This document shows, one piece after another, positions 54,765-64,000 of a stretch of DNA of 64,000 nucleotides. Below the pieces are notes generated by a model. That model saw nothing but the letters and a program-made list of their open reading frames with translations. It ran no database searches and had not been told where the DNA came from. Position numbers and translations under genes: made by a program. The first letter of the stretch is position 1, and every line of letters begins with the position of its first letter. Source of the stretch: Nitrospirota bacterium (lineage in GTDB: Bacteria; Nitrospirota; UBA9217); NCBI GenBank assembly GCA_963741205.1, contig CAVUHW010000022.1, positions 1 through 64,000 of the forward strand. Direction: 5' to 3'.

Positions 54765-56002
54765 ATGACGTTCTCAAAAGAAACGAGGGTCAATAACACC
54801 CAGGAGCGGACACGTTTCCGGGCACTGCTCAACCGTTGGTGGATAGGAGCGGCCATAGTCTGTCTCGCGGTTGCCGGGGTGTTCCTGTTCTTTGCCCTGG
54901 GCGGTCAAAAAGCCGCACGCGCCGCCCAGCAGGGGCCTGCGACTGCGCCGGGCTGTGCCGGTCGTGGCCGTTCCCGTGAAGAAGGACGATTTCAGCGTTT
55001 ATCTGTCCGGTCTCGGGACGGTCTCGCCGATGAACACCGTCACGGTAAAGTCCCGCGTCGACGGAGAGTTGACGAAGGTCCTTTTCCGGGAAGGCCAGGT
55101 CGTACGCAAAGGCGAACTCCTGGCCGAAATCGATTCGCGGCCCTTCGAGGTGCAGCTGAGCCAGGCACAGGGGGCCATGGCCCGCGATCAGGCTCTGCTC
55201 GACAATGCCAAAATCGACCTGGTGCGGTTCCAGGACCTGGTCAAGAAAGATCTGATCCCCCGCCAGCAGCTCGATACTCAGGAATCCCTGGTACGTCAGT
55301 ATGAAGGAGCGGTAAAGGCCGACCAGGGCCAGATCGACAACGCCAAACTGCAGCTGGTCTATGCGCGCATCATTGCGCCGATCGGCGGCCGCATCGGGTT
55401 GCGCCAGGTGGACCCGGGCAACATCGTTCATGCGAACGACGCAGGCGGGCTTGCGGTGATCACCCAGGTGCAGCCGATCTCGGTGATCTTTTCCCTCCCC
55501 GAAGACAATCTCTCGCAGATATTGGGCAAGCACAGGAGCGGAGTGCGGCTTACGGTCGAGGCGTACGACCGGGACCATAAGCAGAAACTCGCAACCGGCA
55601 CCCTTGTGACAATAGACAACCAGATCGACCCGAACACGGGCACGGTCAAGCTCAAGGCCGAATTCCCGAACAGGAACGATGAGCTCTTTCCGAACCAGTT
55701 CGTCAATGCCCGTCTCATCATCGAGGTCAAGCACGGTGCGCTCATCGTTCCGCCGTCGGCAATTCAACGGGGACCGCAAGGCACGTTCGTCTTCGTTGTG
55801 AAAGAAGACCAGACAGCGGCACTGCGCCCCGTCACCCTCGGTATCATCCAGGAAGGGAACGCGTCCATTACCTCAGGGCTGTCTGTCGGCGAGCTTGTGG
55901 TCGTGGACGGCGCGGATAGGCTCAGGGACGGCAGCAAGGTCGAGGTGAAGGGCAAAGCAGCAAGACAGCGGCGCCCCGGCTCCCCAAAGGCGGAGCAAAT
56001 GA
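54765..56002 (+). CDS. mdtA: RND efflux periplasmic adaptor (frameshifted)
   Basis: [45 protein letters not shown]. Confidence 0.88.
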
Positions 56003-59000
56003 ACATCTCCCGCATCTTCATCGAGAGGCCGGTGGCGACCACGCTCTTGATGATCGCTATTCTCCTTGCCGGGGCCGTGGCGTACAAGCAGCTGCCGGTC
56101 TCCGCGCTGCCGCAGGTCGATTACCCGACCATCCAGGTCCGCACCTTCTACCCCGGCGCAAGCCCCGATGTCATGGCCTCTTCGGTCACGGCGCCGCTCG
56201 AGCGCCAGTTCGGCCAGATGCCGGGCCTGACCCAGATGACCTCGGCAAGTTCCGGAGGCAGTTCCATCATCACGCTGCAGTTCAGCCTGGACCTCTCGCT
56301 CGACGTTGCCGAGCAGGAAGTCCAGGCCGCCATCAACGCGTCTTTTACCTTCCTGCCGAGGGACCTCCCGACCCCGCCGGTCTACAGCAAGGTAAACCCC
56401 GCGGACGCGCCGATCCTGACCCTGGCGCTGACCTCGAATACGCTGACCCTGCCGCAGGTTGAAGACATGGCGGACACGAGGTTCGCGCAGAAAATCTCCC
56501 AGCTGCCCGGCGTCGGCCTCGTGAGCCTCTCCGGCGGCCAGCGTCCCGCGGTCCGTATTCACGCCAATCCCACGGCCCTGGCAGCCTACGGCCTGACTCT
56601 TGAAGACGTGCGCATTGCCATCACTGCCGCGAACGTCAACCAGGCGAAGGGCGGCTTCGACGGCCCGCGCCAGGCCTATATCATCGGGGCGAACGACCAG
56701 CTCTTTTCGAGCAAGGATTACCGGCCGCTCATCATCGCCTATCGCAACAACGCGCCCATACACCTGTCCGACGTCGCAGATGTAATAGACGATGCCGAGA
56801 ATGTGAACCAGGCCGCCTGGATCAATGATTCCCCTGCCGTGATCGTCAACATCCAGCGCCAGCCGGGCGCCAACGTCATCGAGGTCGTTGACCGGATCAA
56901 AAAGCTCCTGCCGCAGCTCCAGAACGCATTGCCCTCGGCCATCAAGGTCACGGTCCTGACCGACCGCACGACAACGATCCGCGCCTCGGTGAGGGACGTG
57001 CAGTACGAGCTCCTGCTCGTCCGTAGTGCTCGTCGTTCTCGTTATTTACCTTTTCCTGCGCAACCTTCCGGCGACGACCATCCCGAGCGTCGCCGTTCCG
57101 CTCTCCCTCGTGGGGACCTTCGGCGTGATGTATCTGCTGGGCTTCAGCCTGAACAACCTATCGCTCATGGCATTAACGATCTCGACGGGTTTTGTTGTCG
57201 ACGACGCCATCGTGATGATCGAAAACATCGCCCGCTACGTCGAAGAAGGGGAAACGCCGATGGAGGCGGCGCTCAAGGGGGCGAAGCAGATCGGCTTCAC
57301 GATCCTCTCGCTGACGGTCTCGCTCATCGCCGTGCTGATTCCGCTTCTCTTCATGGGCGACGTGGTCGGCCGTCTCTTCCGGGAGTTTGCCATCACCCTG
57401 GGCGTCACGATCCTGATTTCGGCGGTCGTTTCGCTTACGCTCACGCCCATGATGTGCGCGCGGATCCTGAAGCACGTTCCCGAGGAAAAACAGGGAAAGT
57501 TCTACCATGCGTCCCAGCTCTATTTCGACCGGATCATCGCGGCCTACGGGAGGACGCTGCAATGGGTGCTCAAGCGCCAGACCGCGACGCTCATCGTTGC
57601 CGTGAGTACCCTGGTCCTGACCGTGCTGCTGTATATCGTCGTCCCGAAGGGCTTTTTCCCGGTCCAGGACGCGGGCGCGATCCAGGGGACGTCAGAGGCG
57701 CCGCAGTCGATCTCCTTCGCCGCCATGGCCGAGAGGCAGCAGGCCCTTGCCAGGGTGATCCTCAAGGACCCGGCAGTCGAAAGCCTCTCCTCCTTCATCG
57801 GCGTGGACGGGACCAATACTACGTTAAACAGCGGCAGGGTCCTGATCAACCTGAAGCCCTTGGACAAGCGCGATGCAAGCACGGTCGAGGTCATCAGGCG
57901 CCTCCAGCCGGAGCTGGCCAAGGTGGACGGCATCACGCTCTACATGCAGCCGGTGCAGGACCTCACCGTGGACGCGAAGGTGAGCCGCACCCAGTTCCAG
58001 TACACGCTCGACGATCCCAATACCGATGAGTTGAACATCGCTGGCGCCGAAGGTGATCGACGAGCTGCGCACCCGTCCGGAACTGCGCGATGTGAGCAGC
58101 GACCAGCAGGACAAGGGGCTCAGGGTCGCGCTTGCGATCGATCGGGGCACCGCCGCCCGGCTCGGGATAACGCCGCAGAATATCGACGACACGCTGTACG
58201 ATGCATTCGGGCAGCGACAGGTGTCCACGATCTTCACCGAGCTGAACCAGTACCGCGTCGTGCTCGCGGTCAAGCCCGATTTTCAACAGGGGCCCGAGTG
58301 CGCTCCAATCGGTCTATTTGCGCGGAACGAGCGGCGGACCCGTGCCGCTCGCCTCGATCACGCAGGCATCGGAAACAACGGGGCCTCTCGTCATAAACCG
58401 GCAGGGCCAGTTCCCCGCGGTGACCTTGTCGTTCAATCTTGCGCCGCGCGTATCCCTCGGCGAGGCAGTGGACGCGATCGAGAACACGGCGCGCCACCTG
58501 AATCTCCCTCCGAGCATCAGGGGAAGCTTCCAGGGAACGGCCCAGGCTTTCAAGTCCTCGCTCACGAATGAACCGCTTTTGATCCTGGCCGCGCTCATAA
58601 CGGTCTATATCGTGCTCGGCGTATTGTACGAAAGCTACATTCACCCCGTCACGATCCTTTCCACGCTCCCCTCCGCAGGGGTCGGCGCCGTGCTTTCGTT
58701 GATGCTTTTCGGTACGGAGCTCTCCGTGATCGCGATTATCGGCATCATCCTTTTGATCGGCATCGTGCAGAAGAACGGCATCATGATGATCGACTTCGCG
58801 CTCGACCTCGAGCGCAAGGAAGGAAAGAATCCCGAAGAGGCGATCTACCAGGCCTGCCTGTTGCGGTTCCGGCCGATCATGATGACGACCATGGCGGCGA
58901 TGCTGGGAGCTTTGCCCCTGGCGCTGGGGCACGGGGTAGGGTCGGAACTCCGCCGTCCGCTCGGCATCTCGATCGTGGGCGGACTCGTGATCAGCCAGAT

Positions 59001-59085
59001 CCTCACCCTCTACACGACGCCGGTCGTTTATCTCTGGTTCGACCGGCTCGCGCGAAGGGTGAAAGAAGGCCGTTCCGGAAGTTAG
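55999..59085 (+). CDS. mdtB: RND efflux permease (frameshifted)
   Basis: [47 protein letters not shown]. Confidence 0.88.
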
Positions 59086-59123
59086 TTGCTAAAGAACATC
59101 CAGGAACAAGGAAAAAAATATTT

Positions 59124-59224
59124 ACCGCGAAGGCGCAAAGGACGCGAAGGACTTCAAAAACACAAAAAGAATTTTGTTTTTTAATGCCTCCAAGATTTCC
59201 TCGCGACCTTTGCGCCCTCGCGGT
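59124..59224. repeat. CGCAAAG-family palindromic repeat
   Basis: ACCGCGAAGGCGCAAAGG ... CCTTTGCGCCCTCGCGGT. Confidence 0.7.
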
Positions 59225-59267
59225 TCCAGGGTTTTAGTTCAGACTTGTCCGGGTTAGAGTCTTCACC

Positions 59268-62200
59268 ATGAACATCTCAGCCACCTTCATCAAGCGGCCG
59301 GTCGCGACCACGCTCCTTACCGCGGGGATCGTGCTCTCCGGCGTGCTGGCCTTCCGGCTTTTGCCCGTGTCGCCGCTGCCGCAGGTGGATTTCCCGACGA
59401 TCTCGGTGCAGGCGGCGCTTCCCGGCGCGGACCCCGAGACCATGGCCACCTCGGTCACGGCGCCCCTGGAACGCCAGTTCGGCCGGATCGCGGGGGTCGC
59501 GGAAATGACGTCGACGAGCTTTCGCGGCTCGACGAGCATTACCCTGCAGTTCGACCTGAACCGAGATATCAACGGCGCCGCGCGCGATGTGCAGGCCGCT
59601 ATCAATGCCGCCCGGGGGTTCCTGCCTGCGAACCTTCCGGCGAATCCTACCTACCGCAAGGTCAATCCCTCGGACGCGCCCATACTCATCCTTGCCCTCA
59701 CCTCTGATACCAAGACCACGGCCCAGATGTACGACGCGGCCTCTTCCATCCTGCAGCAGAAGCTCTCCCAGGTGGAGGGCGTGGGACAGGTGTTCGTGGG
59801 AGGGAGTTCCCTTCCGGCGGTACGCATCGATTTAAAACCCCTGGCGCTTTCGAAATACGGCATCAGCCTGGAAAACGTGCGCGGTGTGCTGGCAAGCACG
59901 AATGTAAACAGGCCCAAGGGGCAGTTGGCGTTCGGCGACAAAACGTGGGAGATTCAAACGAACGACCAGATGAGAACAGCCGCGGAGTATTTGCCCCTCG
60001 TCATTGCGTACCGGTCCGGGGCCGCGGTGCGGCTTGGGGATGTGGCTGACGTGCAGGATTCGGTGGAGGACCTGCGCGCCGCGGGGTTCGTGAACGGAAA
60101 GCCGGCGGTCATGGTCATCGTGTTCCGCCAGCCGGGCGCAAACATTATCGAGACCGTGGACAACGTGCGAGCGCTTCTTCCGCAGCTCGAAGCGGCCTTG
60201 CCCGGCGCCGTTTCCCTCTCGATCGTCCTCGACCGAAGCCCGTCGATCCGCGGGTCGCTGCGGGACGTCGAGTTGACGCTTCTGGCCTCGGGCGCGCTCG
60301 TGATCCTCGTGGTGTTCTGGTTCCTGCGGAACGTGCGCGCAACGATCATTCCCGCGGTCGCGGTCGCGGTGTCCATCATCGGCACCTTCGGGGTGATGTA
60401 CCTCTGCGGCTACTCGCTCGACAACCTCTCTCTTATGGCGCTTACGATCGCCACGGGGTTCGTGGTCGACGACGCGATCGTCGTCCTCGAAAACGTCACC
60501 CGCTACCGGGAAAAAGGGGAAGCTTCCCTGCCGGCCGCATTGTCCGGGACCAGGGAGATCGCCTTCACGGTCCTGTCCATGAGCGCCTCGCTCGTTGCCG
60601 TGTTCATCCCGATACTCCTCATGGGCGGCATGGTGGGCAGGCTCTTTCGTGAATTCGCGGTGACGCTTTCGGCTGCGATCATGGTCTCGCTCCTCGTATC
60701 GCTCACCACGACGCCTATGATGTGCGCCACGATCCTGAAGCCTGAAAAGCAGGGCGCTCACAACTTCCTGTTCCGCGCAAGCGAACGGTCGTTCAATTGG
60801 ATGCATGGTCACTACGAACGAAGCCTTCGCTGGGCGCTCGAGTCACTCCCGGATCATGCTGGCCGTCATCGTGATAACGATCGTGACCAACGGGTTCCTT
60901 TTTTACCACGTGCCCAAGGGGTTCTTCCCGGAGCAGGACACGGGCAGGATCGGAGGAAGCATCCAGGCGGCGCAGGATACCTCTTTTCAGGCAATGCAGG
61001 GGAAGCTGCTGGACATTGTTGATATTATCAAGACCGACCCCGATGTGGACTATGTAACCGGCTTTACCGGCGGCGGAGGTGGCGGCGGGTCAACGACCAA
61101 CACAGGTCGCATGTTCATTTCGCTCAAGTCCTTTGCGACGCGAACGGCAACTGCCGGACAGATCATCGGGCGCTTGCGCAAGAAGCTGGTCAGCGTGCCC
61201 GGGGCGTTCACCGGTCTGCAGCCGGTACAGGACCTGCGCGTCGGCGGCAGGATCGGCAACGCGCTCTATCAGTTCACGCTCCAGGGGGAAAATCTTACCG
61301 AGCTGAACGAATGGGGCCAGCGCGTGCTGCAGAAGATGAGAACAATACCGCAGGTGGTCGACGTGAGCAGCGATCTGCAGAACAAGGGGCTGCAGGCCAC
61401 GCTCATGATCGACCGGGCTACCGCGTCGCGGCTCGGCATAACGCCGCAGGTCATCGACAATACGTTATACGACGCGTTCGGCCAGCGCCAGGTTTCGATC
61501 AATTATACGCTCTTGAACCAGTACCACGTGGTTATGGAGGTAGAGCCGCGGTTCTGGCAGCGGCCCGATGCGCTCAAAAACATCTACGTTCCTTCCTCCA
61601 CCGGTCCCTTTGTTCCCTTGAGCGCTTTCACGCATTATGAACCGACAGCAACGTCCCTTGCGGTGAACCACCAGAGTCAATTTCCTTCAGTCACGACGTT
61701 CTTCAACCTGGCGCCCAACGTAGCGCTCGGCGACGCAGTCAAGGCGATCGAAGAGGCCACGCGCCAGATGGGCATGCCGCCCAGCATCAGGAGGACCTTC
61801 GCGGGCACTGCCCAGGCATTCAAGGACTCTTTGGCCAATGTGACGCTTTTGATCCTTGCCGCGCTCATAACGGTCTACATCGTGCTCGGCGTGCTGTACG
61901 AAAGCTATATCCACCCGATCACGATCCTTTCGACACTGCCTTCCGCCGGCGTGGGCGCGGTGCTCGCCATGATGATCTTCGGCATCGACCTCAGCGTGAT
62001 CGCCATCATCGGCATAATGCTTTTGATAGGCATTGTGAAGAAGAACGGCATCCTGATGGTCGATTTCGCGATCGAGGCGGAGCGTAAAGAAGGGAAGAGC
62101 CCGGAGGAGGCGATCTTCCAGGCCTGCCTCCTCCGGTTCCGGCCGATCATGATGACGACTATGGCCGCTCTTTTGGGCGCCTTGCCGCTGGCAATCGGCC

Positions 62201-62427
62201 GCGGGGTGGGGGCCGAGCTCCGCCGTCCCCTCGGGATCGCCATTGTGGGCGGACTGATCTTCAGCCAGATGATGACGCTCTATACGACGCCCGTGGTGTA
62301 TCTTTACCTCGACCGGTTCAGGATCTGGCTTGAAGGCGTGCGGGGACAACGGAAGGCGCGGAGAAGTCCTGTATCGGCAAATGAATTGACGATAGAAGAG
62401 GCTCGCAGAAGAGGAAGGCAATCATGA
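59268..62427 (+). CDS. mdtC: RND efflux permease (frameshift near 60845)
   Basis: [40 protein letters not shown]. Confidence 0.88.
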
Positions 62428-63440
62428 AAAGAGTACTGCTCCTGTTTTGTTGCGTCGTTCTCGGGGTAAACGCCTTTGCAGCCGAACCCGGCTATCATGT
62501 CATGAAAAAAATACACCTGGGCGGCGAAGGCGGCTGGGATTATGTCACCGTGGACAGCGTTGCGCGTCGATTGTACGTATCGCGAAGCACCCATGTGATG
62601 GTGGTCGACATCGACACCGATAAACTTGTAGGCGACATCCCGGACACGCCGGGCGTTCATGGAATCGCCCTTGCGCCGGAGCTCTCCCGCGGGTTTATCA
62701 GCAACGGGAAAGCGGATACGGCCACTATTTTCGATTTGAATACGCTGAAGGTCCTTGGGCGGGTGAAAACGGGAAACAACCCGGATGCGATCCTTTATGA
62801 CCCCGTTTCGAAACGGGTATTCACGTTCAATGGCCGCAGTCATGATGCAACCGTGTTCGACGCCGTGTCCGCCGCGGTCCTCGGAAGCATCGCTCTCGGC
62901 GGCAAGCCGGAATTTGCCGTTACCGACGGCAAGGGCAAGGTCTATGTGAATATCGAAGATACGAGCGAGGTCGTCGAAATCGACAGTCAGAAGCTCACGG
63001 TAATAAAGCGGTCTTCGCTCAAGCCCTGCAGAGAGCCCACGGGTATGGCCATTGATGCGGAGCATCACCGCGTCTACAGCGGCTGCCACAGTAAGGTCAT
63101 GGCTGTTCTGGACACCGAAACAGGCAAAGCAATCGCCTTCGTTCCGATCGGAGAAGGAGTCGATGGAAACGGGTACGATCCGGGGACGGGCCTGGTGTTT
63201 AGTTCCAATGGAGACGGAACTCTTACCGTGGCGCGGGAAGTATCTCCCGGCAGGTTCGAGGTGGTCGAAACAGTCGTCACTGAGCGCGGGTCCCGCACCA
63301 TGGCCCTCGACCCCAGGACCCACAACATATATTTGCCGGCGGCGCTCTTTGCGCCTTCCCCGTCGGCAACACCGGAAGCGCCAAAGCCGCGGCCAATCAT
63401 GATCAAGGACAGCTTTACGATCCTGGTGGTCGGGAGATAG
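62424..63440 (+). CDS. YncE/YVTN-like beta-propeller protein
   Basis: Signal peptide, GGEGGWDY, repeated propeller blades; ATGA overlap with mdtC. Confidence 0.8.
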   Translation: MKRVLLLFCCVVLGVNAFAAEPGYHVMKKIHLGGEGGWDYVTVDSVARRLYVSRSTHVMVVDIDTDKLVGDIPDTPGVHGIALAPELSRGFISNGKADTATIFDLNTLKVLGRVKTGNNPDAILYDPVSKRVFTFNGRSHDATVFDAVSAAVLGSIALGGKPEFAVTDGKGKVYVNIEDTSEVVEIDSQKLTVIKRSSLKPCREPTGMAIDAEHHRVYSGCHSKVMAVLDTETGKAIAFVPIGEGVDGNGYDPGTGLVFSSNGDGTLTVAREVSPGRFEVVETVVTERGSRTMALDPRTHNIYLPAALFAPSPSATPEAPKPRPIMIKDSFTILVVGR

Positions 63441-63629
63441 AGCGACGTCGAAGAGAACCGCACTTTTTGATGTGAATTGCACCTTCTGACGGAAGCCATT
63501 ATTGCATAGTACATCCTATACTCTTTGTGGTAGCCATTCTTATAAACTCATAAAGTTTCATGCAGAATTTGTTAGAGTTATTTATTCAAAGAACATAAGA
63601 CGTGACATCTCGGCAGGAACAATAATAAT

Positions 63630-63947
63630 ATGGAGGATCAAATGAAAGAACGAATGTTTGCAACAGTGAGGCGGTATGAAGGAGTTCCTAACCCAGCGGT
63701 GGCTGCCGAGCAAGTAGAGAAGAAATTCGTGCCGTTTATCTCCTCGCTGCCTGGCTTCATCGAATATTATTGGATAGACCTGAATGGTGGTGCTATGTTG
63801 TCTGTGACGGTATTTAGAACTCTACCAGAAGCCATCGCGGCAAACGAAAAGGCGGGTCTTTGGGTGAAGAACAATTTGAGTTCAGTTCTTCCATCTGCAG
63901 TCCGAATGGAAGCCGGGGCAATAGTCGCATATAAGGGAATCTCTTAA
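63630..63947 (+). CDS. ABM-like dimeric alpha/beta-barrel hypothetical protein
   Basis: FATVRRY, FVPFISSLPGFIEYY, SVTVF. Confidence 0.65.
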   Translation: MEDQMKERMFATVRRYEGVPNPAVAAEQVEKKFVPFISSLPGFIEYYWIDLNGGAMLSVTVFRTLPEAIAANEKAGLWVKNNLSSVLPSAVRMEAGAIVAYKGIS

Positions 63948-64000
63948 GGGTGCATTGAATCGCTGTTGAACCATGTTTGAAAAATCTACATCCTATACTC

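Noticed and set aside
54871-58029. Apparent 1052-aa MdtA-MdtB fusion
   Set aside because: An ATGA overlap at 55999-56002 is the normal coupling; an indel in the MdtA tail most likely removed the stop
5450-63482. Many long antisense or alternate-frame ORFs (e.g. 5450..6481, 12583..13614, 19411..20721, 62304..63482)
   Set aside because: Shadow ORFs of GC-rich genes; they overlap well-supported CDSs and show no motifs
1-64000. Widespread frameshifts as mass pseudogenisation or programmed frameshifting
   Set aside because: Indels hit unrelated conserved genes with no in-frame decay and cluster in patches, as expected from unpolished long-read errors; reads would be needed to claim otherwise

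Overview
GC-rich bacterial chromosome segment. The gene content (Ior, CBS-PPase, Tad, sigma54 promoter) suggests an anaerobe such as a Nitrospirota or Desulfobacterota member; this is inference only. Many conserved genes carry 1-3 frameshifts, typical of an unpolished long-read sequence, so most coordinates are reconstructed across indels and pseudogene calls are cautious. Left to right: (i) at least three tandem, mosaic copies of a Tat-exported, Cys-containing NMT1/SsuA-fold binding protein, running off the left edge, with a structured leader and a truncated MFS gene upstream; (ii) an aryl-acid cluster (PaaI thioesterase, two paaK, iorAB, amidohydrolase, Liv-type ABC transporter with two binding proteins, ACT protein) interrupted by a nucleotidyltransferase pair and a sigma54-driven pair of small hydrophobic proteins; (iii) NCS2 permease, K+ channel, CBS-pyrophosphatase; (iv) a Tad/Flp pilus locus with no prepilin peptidase but an adjacent ICMT-family gene; (v) ilvE, tRNA-Leu(GAG), an SH3-NlpC/P60-DUF1460 hydrolase, a MazG-like gene, a DUF1016 nuclease; (vi) comM/yifB split exactly at AAM|NPC by a 5.1-kb AT-richer insertion with no recognisable integrase; (vii) a Spy-like gene, baeSR, mdtABC and a beta-propeller gene. 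Several REP-like palindrome families fill intergenic gaps. No CRISPR array or rRNA was seen. The best candidates for something new are the tandem binding-protein array and the comM-interrupting element.
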